This document shows positions 38,461 through 47,278 of a DNA stretch of 64,000 nucleotides, one piece after another. The DNA comes from Lysobacterales bacterium (GTDB lineage Bacteria > Pseudomonadota > Gammaproteobacteria > Xanthomonadales > SZUA-5): contig JAWLAT010000008.1 in assembly GCA_041395325.1 (NCBI GenBank), positions 55,102-119,101 on the forward strand. Direction: 5' to 3'. The notes under the pieces were generated by a model. It was not told where the DNA came from. It saw only the letters and a program-made list of their open reading frames with translations, and did no database searches. The position numbers were made by a program, and so were the translations under genes. Within the stretch, counting starts at the first letter, position 1. Each line of letters begins with the position of its first letter.

Positions 38461-39189
38461 ATGACCGACCAGGGCCTGCAGGCAAGGATTGTTCTTTGTG
38501 TACTGCACGATCAACCTGGGATCGTTCGATCGATCTGCGCAGAGCAGGCAGGATTTGAGTACGACGAAACGTACTCCGCACAGGGACCAGACCCGCGAAT
38601 GCCCGCCGCTTTCGAAGCGTCCAGATGCACGGTGCTGCCGTCGCTGACGGACGCCGATCGGGACGCCATCGTCGGACACAGAGACGTCGCCTATGTCTTG
38701 TCGCCGCGCATGCACCCGGCGACCGCTAGCCAGATTGCGGCCACCTCGTTACGCCTGGTGAAACGACTTCTGGACCTTGGTGCCCGAGCCATAAAGTGCG
38801 AGAGTGCGGGCCTGACGCATGGCCGCGAACGCTGGTCGTCGTTGGCCAGCCAGGATGACCCTGTGGCGCTCTATGGGGCTTGGGTCCGGCGGCCACTGGC
38901 GAGTCACGGCCTGCTTTATTCGTGTGGAATGCACCTGCTCGGATTTCCCGATGTCGAATTGGCAGGCGTTTCGGCCACCGACGCAGTCGAGCTGATCGAC
39001 GGATTCAGCCTGTATCAGCTGATTGACAGGCCGGGCGATCGACTCCTGGCTGGACACACCTTTAGCTTGCGGAGCACGGCGCCGCGCTTTCGACTGCGGC
39101 GAACCGCTTGTGAGCGATATGAACGGGACGATTTCTTTCACAACCCGCAGGGTTACTGGCGGCTTGAGCCGGTGAGCGATTTGCACTAA
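38461..39189 (+). CDS. Hypothetical protein (242 aa), lower-GC gene
   Basis: Clean ATG ORF with coherent codon usage. Weak personal recollection of DUF4261-like C-terminal pattern (LYSCGMHLLGFPDVEL); not verified. Confidence 0.55.
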   Translation: MTDQGLQARIVLCVLHDQPGIVRSICAEQAGFEYDETYSAQGPDPRMPAAFEASRCTVLPSLTDADRDAIVGHRDVAYVLSPRMHPATASQIAATSLRLVKRLLDLGARAIKCESAGLTHGRERWSSLASQDDPVALYGAWVRRPLASHGLLYSCGMHLLGFPDVELAGVSATDAVELIDGFSLYQLIDRPGDRLLAGHTFSLRSTAPRFRLRRTACERYERDDFFHNPQGYWRLEPVSDLH

Positions 39190-39237
39190 CGCGACGTTCG
39201 AAGTCCTCGCCTGAGCATCTCGTTGGATTTTCAAGAC

Positions 39238-41556
39238 TTACGGCAAACACGCCGGTCCCTCGAAGCCATTGGCGAAGCGCTGGTCGCTCTGGCCGTCGAG
39301 GATCTCCATGTCCAGCTGGGCGAAAGGCAGGATCGAAGCGCCCATCGCGTTGCTCAGGTTGACCCGGAAGCGCTCGACTGGCTCCGGCACCCCATCGGCG
39401 GCAATGGGCACCTCGATGAGCTTGGCGGCGATGTCACCGGGCGTCCACTGCAGGACCTGATTCGACGGCACCGTGTAGTCATCACCGGGCGTGGCGCTGC
39501 CCGTGGCGTGACTGAAGTCGACCGTGACACTGGCCACGCCGCCGCTGGGCCGCTCGACCCGGATCACGGCCGTTTCGCCTTCCACCACGTTCTGCCGACA
39601 GCGCGCGAAGCCGATCTGCTCCGGACCCGGTTCGGTCACGACGTGCGGCTCGGTGATCACCACATCCTGTCCGCTAGCACTGCCGAAAGCGCCCTGCAGG
39701 GTGCGATAGCTGATCGTCAGCGTGCGGTTGCCGATCTGCACCGGGACCAACTGACAGCTGCCACGGCTGGTGTTGGCGGCGGTGGTCGGCACCAGGCTCA
39801 GGCTGCAGGTGGTCACTGGCGAGGTGTTCATCGAGACGTCGACGATGCCATTGGGCTTGAACGGGCCGGTCGTGGCCAACGCGGTCACCTCGACGGTGAA
39901 GGGCAGCCCGGCCGGCTGCGGGTCTGGCGTGTCGGTGGCGGTGATGGCGACGACATCGAAGCTGAACTCGCTGCTGCGGCCCTGCGCGTCGGTGGCGATG
40001 GCCACGATCACATCGTCGTCGTCCAGGCTCACGCCGGGCGGGATCATCAGTGAGACGGTCTTGGGTTGCTGCGCATCAGCCAGGCCATAGACATCGCTGT
40101 CGAGCAGCACTTCGCCTTCGTCGCCAACGGCCTTGTAGAAATCCACCCGCAACGGATAGCTGCTGTTGGCCGGATCGGAATCGACGCGGTAGGTGAGCTG
40201 GAACTGACTACCGGCGACGCTGTAGGCCGTGATGTTCGGGTGGTTCTGCTGCAGATTGGCGCCAGCGTCCGGGTCGCCTGCATCATTGGGCGTGCGCCCG
40301 ATCGCCACCCCGCCGCCCGCCGTTGCGGTGGGGAAATCCAGACCCATGCCCTGATTGCCGAGCATCCGGTTACCGACGAACTCGACAAAGGTGGTGACAT
40401 TGCCGTTGGGCAGGATCACCGCCGAGCCCAGCGACGTGCCGGTGAATGACTGGCGCAGGGCGCCAACAAAGGTGTTGCCTTCGCTTTCTCCGAGCCCGCC
40501 GATCAGCAGGCGCGGTACGCTCGAGCCATTGGCCAGAAAGACCTCGATGTGATCCTTCTCCACGCCGACCACCGAGCCGTTCACCCCGAGGCCGAAAAGG
40601 TTGCCCTGGATCAGCGCCGTCTCCGTCATCGTCCGGCTGACCGAGAACTGCAGCGCGCCGCCAAAGCCGCCACTGAAGTTGCCGGTGGCGCGCGCGAAGC
40701 GGTTGTCGAGGATCTGGATATCCGGGGTATCGAAGCTGTCGTCGCCGGTCTGGACAATCAAGGGATCGCGCATCGGCAGGGGTGTGTTGCCGTCGGGTGC
40801 CAGACCGATCAGATTGCCCTGCAACAGGATCGAGCCGCGCTCACTGACAATGCTGTTGACGCGCAGGCGGCTGGTGCCACCACCCGGTTGCCCGCTCAGA
40901 TCGCGACCGCCACCAGCGATGACGTTGCGATCGGCCGGACTCGGCCCACCGACCCGGATGGTGCGATTGAAGAAGCTCAGGCCGAGGGCGCTGCAGGGCT
41001 GGGTAAATTCCGGTGACTGCCCCTGCGCATCCACACAGAACCAATTGCCGCGGTAGTCGTGGCGCAGACCGCCGGTGACGATGGCCGAGGTGGGCAGGGC
41101 GACGGCCAGCCCACTCAGATTGAAGGGACTGGCATTGCTGTTGGTCAGGTTGAACAGCGCCACCCCCAGGTTGACGAAGCCGGCACTGGTGATTTCGATC
41201 TTCAGCTGGGCATTGTTGGCGCCCGGCGCGGGAATGCTGTTCGGCTGCGCACCGGGTTGGGTGTAGCCGTCGATGGTCAGCCCTTGAGCAATCTGCAGCG
41301 TGCTGGCCACCTCGATGCGGCAGATGCCGGTGACTGCACTGCAGCCCGGCTCGCTGGCGGGGATGTTGAATTCGATCGTGTCGGGGCCGGCCAGCGCGTT
41401 GCTGGCGGAAATGGCGCCACGCAACGAGCAGTCGGCCGCCGCGGTGGTGCAGGCGCTCAGCGCGACGTTGTCCGACGTGGTGTCGACCGTGAACGTCGCC
41501 GCCTGGGCGATCGTCGACTGGAGGACGATCAGTGGCAGCAGATGTCGAGCGTGCAT
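39238..41556 (-). CDS. Secreted right-handed beta-helix-type protein with C-terminal Calx-beta domain and NGFE tail
   Basis: Start MHARHLLPLIVLQSTIAQA (ATG 41556). N-terminal TFTVDTTSDN...CSLRGAISASNA...DTIEFNI motif common to parallel beta-helix adhesin-like proteins. Calx-beta-like VDFSHATGSATPGDDYTV...L.W.PGD...K.IEVPI..D...E..E.F.V.L. Ends SDQRFANGFEGPACLP*. Confidence 0.8.
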   Translation of the reverse strand: MHARHLLPLIVLQSTIAQAATFTVDTTSDNVALSACTTAAADCSLRGAISASNALAGPDTIEFNIPASEPGCSAVTGICRIEVASTLQIAQGLTIDGYTQPGAQPNSIPAPGANNAQLKIEITSAGFVNLGVALFNLTNSNASPFNLSGLAVALPTSAIVTGGLRHDYRGNWFCVDAQGQSPEFTQPCSALGLSFFNRTIRVGGPSPADRNVIAGGGRDLSGQPGGGTSRLRVNSIVSERGSILLQGNLIGLAPDGNTPLPMRDPLIVQTGDDSFDTPDIQILDNRFARATGNFSGGFGGALQFSVSRTMTETALIQGNLFGLGVNGSVVGVEKDHIEVFLANGSSVPRLLIGGLGESEGNTFVGALRQSFTGTSLGSAVILPNGNVTTFVEFVGNRMLGNQGMGLDFPTATAGGGVAIGRTPNDAGDPDAGANLQQNHPNITAYSVAGSQFQLTYRVDSDPANSSYPLRVDFYKAVGDEGEVLLDSDVYGLADAQQPKTVSLMIPPGVSLDDDDVIVAIATDAQGRSSEFSFDVVAITATDTPDPQPAGLPFTVEVTALATTGPFKPNGIVDVSMNTSPVTTCSLSLVPTTAANTSRGSCQLVPVQIGNRTLTISYRTLQGAFGSASGQDVVITEPHVVTEPGPEQIGFARCRQNVVEGETAVIRVERPSGGVASVTVDFSHATGSATPGDDYTVPSNQVLQWTPGDIAAKLIEVPIAADGVPEPVERFRVNLSNAMGASILPFAQLDMEILDGQSDQRFANGFEGPACLP

Positions 41557-41751
41557 GTTTGACTCCTTCGCCGACCCACCGATGACGGGGCCACCGGGCT
41601 TGAGCTGCGGCACGATGGCGACATGCTCGAACCAGCGCCCTCATCGGGGTACCCCAGAACTGGGGTCGGCTCCGGGGGCGACGCAGGAGATGCAACGCGC
41701 GGCGCGTGGCGGCGGAGTATCGTCTGTGGCAACTCGCCGGGATCGAATGCC

Positions 41752-42174
41752 ATGAAGGTGCGCACCTTGACGCCTGCCGGCGTGATGAAGCCATTGGGTC
41801 CCTACAGTCACATCGCGGTGGCGGGACCTCACATTGCGATCTCGGCCACTGCCGGTGTGGATCCGACGACGGGTCAATTGGCAGGACCGGATGTGTATGC
41901 GCAGGCCAGCCAGATTCTGCGGTCCTTCCAGGTCCTGCTCGCCGAAGTCGGCGCCAGCCTGACTTCGGTCTTGCACGTCCACGTCTTCCTGCTGAGCATG
42001 GACGACTACGAGGCAATGAACCGTGCCTACCGTGAGGCCTTTGCCGAGCACTGGCCCGCACGAACAGTGGTCGGCGTCAGCGCGCTGCCCAAGACCGGTG
42101 CGCTGGTCACGATGAATCTGACGGCCGTGGGTGACGAGGGCTTGAGGCCCGCCGGAAAGGCGATTTCGACTTAG
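41752..42174 (+). CDS. RidA/YjgF/TdcF-family reactive-intermediate deaminase-like protein
   Basis: MKVRTLTPAGVMKPLGPYSHIAVAG...ARTVVGVSALPKTGALVTMNLTA is typical of the family. Start trimmed to ATG 41752. Confidence 0.88.
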   Translation: MKVRTLTPAGVMKPLGPYSHIAVAGPHIAISATAGVDPTTGQLAGPDVYAQASQILRSFQVLLAEVGASLTSVLHVHVFLLSMDDYEAMNRAYREAFAEHWPARTVVGVSALPKTGALVTMNLTAVGDEGLRPAGKAIST

Positions 42175-42224
42175 TCCGGTCGTGGTTGCCTGGCAGAGTG
42201 GGCAATCGCCCGAGGGAGGTGCGA

Positions 42225-42860
42225 ATGGGACTGGATTGGTTGCCGGGGTCGAAACCACGACGTGGTTGCGAAGCGGAGTTCGACAGCCTGAGGAGGGCGC
42301 TGTCTAGCCGCTTTTGCTGGGGCAGGGCCAGGAAGCAGGCTCGTCTGGACGAGATCACGGTGGATCCCGCCGAAACACTGGGCGCACCGGTGGTTGGCAT
42401 CGACGAAGCTGCCGATGAATGGGCACGCCAGATGTTTGAGCATCGAAGTGACCAGAGCCTCGACATGAGCAGTTGGCTGCGCAACCTGCATGGACTCCGG
42501 GTGGTCGAGTTGGCGCGCCCCTCCGACGGTCTATCGTTGTACTCGAATGGAGGGCCAGGTCAGTACATCGGCGCGGACAGCTTTCGCGCTCAGTTTCTCG
42601 GCGACTGTACCGAAATCATCGGAACCGAATTGCTCGACGCGTGCTTTGTCGAGAAGTCACCCGTCGAGTGCCTCGCTTTCGCCGACGCGCTCGAGCAGCG
42701 AGGGCGGGCGTATGCCGCTGCAAACGGCGTCGACCTGCACAGCATGGATGATTCGGATGATCCCGACAGTCCGTCGTTTCACGTCAGCGTCGTCTTGTCC
42801 GCGGCGCGTTGGTGTCGCTTCTGGGGCAATGCCGGCCATGGGATGGCGCCCTGGTTCTGA
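42225..42860 (+). CDS. Hypothetical protein (211 aa)
   Basis: MGLDWLPGSKP... with GGAGG RBS 7 nt upstream. Somewhat lower GC. No motif recognised. Confidence 0.55.
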   Translation: MGLDWLPGSKPRRGCEAEFDSLRRALSSRFCWGRARKQARLDEITVDPAETLGAPVVGIDEAADEWARQMFEHRSDQSLDMSSWLRNLHGLRVVELARPSDGLSLYSNGGPGQYIGADSFRAQFLGDCTEIIGTELLDACFVEKSPVECLAFADALEQRGRAYAAANGVDLHSMDDSDDPDSPSFHVSVVLSAARWCRFWGNAGHGMAPWF

Positions 42861-42940
42861 AGCCCATTGTCGTCATCACTGGGCTTGAGCAAGCGCCTGC
42901 CTCGATGGCAGGCGCCTGCTGCGTCTTGTGACCATTGCCG

Positions 42941-45229
42941 CTACTGAGTCGATCGCGGCCTGTCGACGGACTTGGGGCCGATCTGGTGCTCGGCGCCCTT
43001 GCCCCAAAGATCCGGATGCAGGAACTTGCCCTGATCATTGGCCGGCTTGTCCTGTTCCACCGGAATCCGATGCGCCTGGGCCCAGCGGTCATGGCGCACG
43101 CCGGTCACCTGCCAGGACACTCGAATCCCGGGTTCATCGGTGCGGATCACGAAGCGATTGCCTTCGATTTCCTCCCACACCGTGGCGCGCGCGAAGCTCT
43201 TGAGCACTGTCAGCTGATAGCGGAATGTCTGGTTCAGTGCTTCGAACCAGTCCGGCAGTATCACCTCCGCAGTGCCCTCGGCATCGGTTTCCACGATGCC
43301 GTTGTAGATGTTCATCATCTCCGGCGACTCGACGAAGGAATGCGACAGATATTGGTGTTCCGGATCCAGCGGATGATCGATGCGGAAGGACCCGCCCGAC
43401 TTGATCAGGGTCCCGGTCACCTGGGTGTCGCCCAGAAAAAAGCCAGCGCGCGTGTTGGGTCCACTGCCAAACGTCGCGCCATAGACACCGACGCTGGTCG
43501 CGCCTGCGGCCGTGCTGGCCGCGATCCCCTCGATGCCCCGTCCGTTCGGGCTGTTCGACTGTCCTCGAACACCCGCCAGAATGCCGCTGGTCGTCAACGC
43601 GTGGTTGGCAATCCCGTATACGGCGGCACCCTCCAGGTTCTCGATCTCGGCGCGAACGGCCACCGAGTAGGCGGCGCTGATTCCGGCGCCTGGATTATAG
43701 GTATTGACGAAGTGCCCGGCGCGCCCTTCAGGGGAAACCGCCGAGGCACTGATGGCGACATTGGCGCCGGTCGTCGCTGAGGTGGCGGCGCGAATCGCCG
43801 TTCCGGTATTCGCGCTGCTGCGGGCTTCCAGGCCGACGGCCGCCCCGCTGCCTGAGGTGTTGGTGAACAAGCCGCCGATGCCGCTGCCCGACTGGGACAC
43901 GCCACGAACCCCGATGTTGACGCCACTGCTGGCGGCGGCGAAGCCGTCGACGCCGATGCCGCTGACCGAATCGCTGCGCCCGAACAACCCATAGGCGGGT
44001 CCGTTCGAAGCGGTCGCGTAGCCACCCACGCCATTGCCGGAGCTGGAGGCGGTTTCACCATAGACGCCGTGGCTGACACCGCTTGTTGCAGGCGCAAATC
44101 CGTAGACGGCGCGGCCAGATCCCGATTCGGAACGGCCGTACAGGCCAACCGCCATGCCGCCGGTGGCATCGTTCTGGAAATGGCCGCCAAATCCATCGGG
44201 GCTCAAGGCGGCGCCGTAGACGCCATGGTTGGTGCCGCTGGTGGCGCCGGCCAGTCCGTGAACGCCGCTGCCGCTGGTCGACAGACTACGGCCGTAAACG
44301 CCCCAGGCGGCGCCGCTGGTGGCCAGCGCCTGACCGCTGACACCGTTGCCGCCGGTGGAGCTGTTCTGGCCGAGAATGCCGTTGGTGCTGCCGCTTGCGG
44401 CCGTGGCCGAGGCGAACACGGCCGAGCCGCCGCCATTGGCATTGGTGACCGACAGACCGTTGCCGGCGCTGCCGCTCCAGCTTTGCCCGAAATGCTGATG
44501 GTCGCTGCGGGCGATCGTGCTGGCGCTGCCGCTGCCGGCAAAATCGGCCGCGAGAGTGACATCGCCGCTGGCGCCGCCACCGCTCAATCCGCTGCCGGCA
44601 TTCACTGCGGTGATGTCGCCCCCGCCGCCGCCGGTGCCCACGTCGTCCTCCTCGCAGACAACGTTGCCGTTGCCGGTGATCTCGCGGATCGCGAAACCCG
44701 CGGCACAGATCCCGTTGATGCGCAGCTGCACCTGGGAGTTGTCGACGTCGGCACCGCCCACCGAGCCGTTGATGATCGAGTTTCCGGATACCGAATTCGC
44801 CGCGACCGAATTGGCGGTCTCGGCGGTTTGCGCGACCAGCGCCCGGCTGGCGTAGGGGGCTGCATCGATGGGCTGCCGGGGCGTCAACAGCTCAAAGCTG
44901 CCGCCGCCACTGGGACGCACGCTGATCTGCAACCAGCGCTGTTCGCCGCCCAGATCGCCGAAGTCCAGCTGCGCCGAAAACACGCCGTCGACCACCGCCA
45001 CGTTGCTGCGGCTCTGTAGGGCCAGCTGGGTACCGCCGGTGGCTGCGCCGAACAAGCGAAATTCGAAGTCGTGATTGCCGCTGGCGGCCTGGCCGTTGTC
45101 GTCCAGGCGACCCTGGTAGGTGAAGGCGGTGCCTTGCGGTACCGCCAGGCATTCGGGGATCAGCGCCAGCTGGCACAGCGCGATGAACAGCAGGGGTGAC
45201 AGGTAGCGGGTGAGTGCAGACATGGACAT
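42941..45229 (-). CDS. Secreted tail-fibre-like Gly/Ser-rich repeat protein with conserved globular C-terminal domain
   Basis: Start [29 protein letters not shown] (ATG 45229). N-terminal [25 protein letters not shown] unit. More than 25 degenerate ~11-22 aa units of type SG.N.GV.G.A..SG.GVYG. C-terminal [45 protein letters not shown]...LPDWFEALN. The 215-aa upstream extension in the track (to 45874) is Arg/Trp-rich junk. Confidence 0.8.
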   Translation of the reverse strand: MSMSALTRYLSPLLFIALCQLALIPECLAVPQGTAFTYQGRLDDNGQAASGNHDFEFRLFGAATGGTQLALQSRSNVAVVDGVFSAQLDFGDLGGEQRWLQISVRPSGGGSFELLTPRQPIDAAPYASRALVAQTAETANSVAANSVSGNSIINGSVGGADVDNSQVQLRINGICAAGFAIREITGNGNVVCEEDDVGTGGGGGDITAVNAGSGLSGGGASGDVTLAADFAGSGSASTIARSDHQHFGQSWSGSAGNGLSVTNANGGGSAVFASATAASGSTNGILGQNSSTGGNGVSGQALATSGAAWGVYGRSLSTSGSGVHGLAGATSGTNHGVYGAALSPDGFGGHFQNDATGGMAVGLYGRSESGSGRAVYGFAPATSGVSHGVYGETASSSGNGVGGYATASNGPAYGLFGRSDSVSGIGVDGFAAASSGVNIGVRGVSQSGSGIGGLFTNTSGSGAAVGLEARSSANTGTAIRAATSATTGANVAISASAVSPEGRAGHFVNTYNPGAGISAAYSVAVRAEIENLEGAAVYGIANHALTTSGILAGVRGQSNSPNGRGIEGIAASTAAGATSVGVYGATFGSGPNTRAGFFLGDTQVTGTLIKSGGSFRIDHPLDPEHQYLSHSFVESPEMMNIYNGIVETDAEGTAEVILPDWFEALNQTFRYQLTVLKSFARATVWEEIEGNRFVIRTDEPGIRVSWQVTGVRHDRWAQAHRIPVEQDKPANDQGKFLHPDLWGKGAEHQIGPKSVDRPRSTQ

Positions 45230-45455
45230 GCCGGATCTCGCTGACGAAGGACGGCGCCAGCTCTGCAAGGCCCATGCCGGGTCTGAGACGGCGCAAAAAC
45301 GCCGCTGGGCTCGGAGGTCCGGTGTCAGTTTCGATACTGGATGCGGCCAACGCCCCCCAGGTGGTGCCAGCTTTGACACCGCGATTTCCCGGGTCGTGGT
45401 CGGCACGCATGCGCATAGCCCCGCCACAACGTCGTCGTCACCGGTTCTGGCGCGC

Positions 45456-45471
45456 TGGCACAACGCTTGCT
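45456..45471 (+). promoter_or_regulatory. Near-consensus sigma-54 (-24/-12) promoter
   Basis: TGGCACAACGCTTGCT equals TGGCAC-N5-TTGCT exactly. It lies 34 nt upstream of the ATG at 45505, with GGAG at 45494-45497 in the predicted short leader. Confidence 0.65.
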
Positions 45472-45504
45472 GTGGTCTCGCAGCATTGATCAGCGGAGCG
45501 CCCC

Positions 45505-45768
45505 ATGAAAACCACCAGGCTGTTTGGCTTGACCCTGGCCACCACCTTGGCCGGTGCCAGCCTGGCCCAGGCCCTGGAGATTCGCAGCGCCACCATCGAC
45601 GGCGGCGGCGGACGTTCCAGCGGCGCTCGCTACACCGTCTCGGGCACGGTCGGGCAACCCGATGCACATCCGGCGATCGGTTCCAGCCGCAGTCTGGACG
45701 GTGGCTTCTGGCCCGCGCCTGAGACACCGCTGCTGGTCGATCCGCTGTTCGCCGATGGATTCGAGTAA
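45505..45768 (+). CDS. Small secreted protein (87 aa) with GTVGQPD...GGFW unit and C-terminal FADGFE tail
   Basis: [23 protein letters not shown] signal peptide, good RBS, GC3-rich. Ends DPLFADGFE*. Confidence 0.7.
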   Translation: MKTTRLFGLTLATTLAGASLAQALEIRSATIDGGGGRSSGARYTVSGTVGQPDAHPAIGSSRSLDGGFWPAPETPLLVDPLFADGFE

Positions 45769-45816
45769 CGCCCAGCGCTTGCTGCGCACGTCCAAAGACC
45801 CCATGGAGCCTTGAAA

Positions 45817-46740
45817 ATGACCTCTCGACTCGTTGTGATCCTCCTTGCCACGTTGCTGCTGATCGGCACGGCACAGGCCCAGACCGAACTGCTGAGCAAT
45901 CCGGGATTCGCCATGGATCTGTCCGGCTGGAGCAATCTGAACAACCGTCCGGCGCAATGGGATGCCGCGGACGCTAGCAGCAATCCCGCCTCCGGGTCGG
46001 CGCTGCTGACCAACGTTGGCACCAGCAATGGCGCGATCCCGCTCGCGCTGAGCCAGTGCATCCGGGTCAGCACCGCCACCGAATATGGCTTTGGCGCTAC
46101 CGTCCGGGTGGCGCCGGGCCAGCCAGCCGACACCACGGCCTATGTTTTCGTGCAGACCTATCAGGCCAGCGATTGCTCCGGCAACGCCATCCAGAGCGAG
46201 TCGATCGGCAGTGTGGCGACCGACTGGCTGAGCACGGGTCGAACGCTGTTCACCACCAATGACACCTCCAGCATTCGTCTGAGCCTGGGCGTCGGCAAGC
46301 CCTCCGGCGAGACCGCCGATGCAGCGGCCTATTTTGATGACGTCTATCTGCAGCGCGCCGATGGCGGCGGCCTGATCAACGAGCGGCTGTCCGGCAGCTG
46401 GTTCAATCCCAGCACCCCGGGGCAGGGCTTCTTTCTGGACATCTCGCCGGAGATCAACCTGTTCTTCGGTGGCTGGTTCACCTGGACCGATGTCCCCGGC
46501 CAGATCGACTGGATGACCGTCCAGGGCGGCTACAGCGGCAATACCGCGATGGTCCCGATCTATCGCAGTCGCGGCGGTGCCTTCAATGCGCCCGCGGCAG
46601 TGACCAGCGAGGCCATCGGCGTGGCAGAGTTCAGCTTTGACAGCTGCACCAGCGGGCAGGTGCGGGTGGAGTTCGTCGGTGATCCCAACGTAATTGTCAT
46701 CCCGTTGCAGCGGATCAGTCCGGCCTTTCCGGGCTGCTGA
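45817..46740 (+). CDS. Secreted protein, N-terminal CBM4/9-like jelly-roll region plus C-terminal GSWFNP..GQGFF domain
   Basis: [22 protein letters not shown] signal peptide (ATG 45817, GGAG 8 nt upstream; the track starts at TTG 45811). TELLSNPGF...LSGWS opening and YFDDVYLQ closing strands are typical of CBM-like sandwiches. Confidence 0.72.
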   Translation: MTSRLVVILLATLLLIGTAQAQTELLSNPGFAMDLSGWSNLNNRPAQWDAADASSNPASGSALLTNVGTSNGAIPLALSQCIRVSTATEYGFGATVRVAPGQPADTTAYVFVQTYQASDCSGNAIQSESIGSVATDWLSTGRTLFTTNDTSSIRLSLGVGKPSGETADAAAYFDDVYLQRADGGGLINERLSGSWFNPSTPGQGFFLDISPEINLFFGGWFTWTDVPGQIDWMTVQGGYSGNTAMVPIYRSRGGAFNAPAAVTSEAIGVAEFSFDSCTSGQVRVEFVGDPNVIVIPLQRISPAFPGC

Positions 46741-46760
46741 CCCCACGGCGGGCGTAGTCG

Positions 46761-46781
46761 GGGGTGCCGCGGTGGCACCCC
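46761..46781 (+). terminator. Perfect 8-bp GC-rich hairpin after the small secreted-protein operon
   Basis: GGGGTGCC-gcggt-GGCACCCC, 21 nt after the stop at 46740. No U-tract. Confidence 0.4.
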
Positions 46782-46828
46782 GATGAGGCACCAGGCATGC
46801 TCCTGCCTTTCGACTCTTGGAGCGGAAG

Positions 46829-47260
46829 ATGAGCCAAACCAGTCGACGTGAGGGCGCCTGTGCCTGCGGCGCGGTGAAGCTGATTGCGCAGCAGGCCAGC
46901 GCTACGCTGGGCGCCTGCCATTGCCGGTCGTGTCGGCGCTGGGGCGGTGGTCCGCTGCTGACCGTGAGCTGTGGCACCGAAGTGAGTTTCGAGGGCGGCG
47001 AGCATATCGGCGTGTTTGACTCATCGGATTGGGCCCAGCGCGGCTTTTGTCAGCGCTGTGGCAGCCACCTCTACTACCGACTCAAGAGCAACGGCCACCA
47101 CGAGATCCCGGCGGGGCTGTTCGATGACAGCGACGACCTGCACTTCGACCATCAGGTGTTCGTCGACGAGCGACCGCCCTACTACCGTTTTGCACAAGAC
47201 ACCGAAGAGCTGACCGGCGCGGAGTGCTTCGCCAAGTTCGCCGCGTCTCAACAGCCCTGA
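46829..47260 (+). CDS. GFA-family (glutathione-dependent formaldehyde-activating / CENP-V-like) zinc protein
   Basis: GACACGAVK...GACHCRSCRRWGGGP...GFCQRCGSHL Cys pattern. ATG 46829 with GGAG RBS. Confidence 0.85.
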   Translation: MSQTSRREGACACGAVKLIAQQASATLGACHCRSCRRWGGGPLLTVSCGTEVSFEGGEHIGVFDSSDWAQRGFCQRCGSHLYYRLKSNGHHEIPAGLFDDSDDLHFDHQVFVDERPPYYRFAQDTEELTGAECFAKFAASQQP

Positions 47261-47278
47261 TGGCGTGTCGCCGCCGGG

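Noticed and set aside
39223-40053. Plus-strand ORFs antisense to the beta-helix/Calx-beta gene (also 40549..41016, 41059..41562, and the 406-aa ORF 40841..42061)
   Set aside because: Shadow ORFs. The minus-strand frame from 41556 gives a coherent signal peptide, beta-helix motifs and a Calx-beta domain.
43400-44700. Periodic-looking DNA that could be mistaken for a tandem repeat or CRISPR-like array
   Set aside because: The periodicity is degenerate and lies entirely within one reading frame encoding Gly/Ser-rich protein repeats. There are no identical direct repeats with unique spacers and no cas genes.
45490-46977. 495-aa minus-strand ORF covering the small secreted-protein operon
   Set aside because: The plus-strand genes have signal peptides, RBSs, a sigma-54 promoter and a terminator hairpin. 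The minus-strand translation is low-complexity (Ala/Gly/Arg) with no start context.
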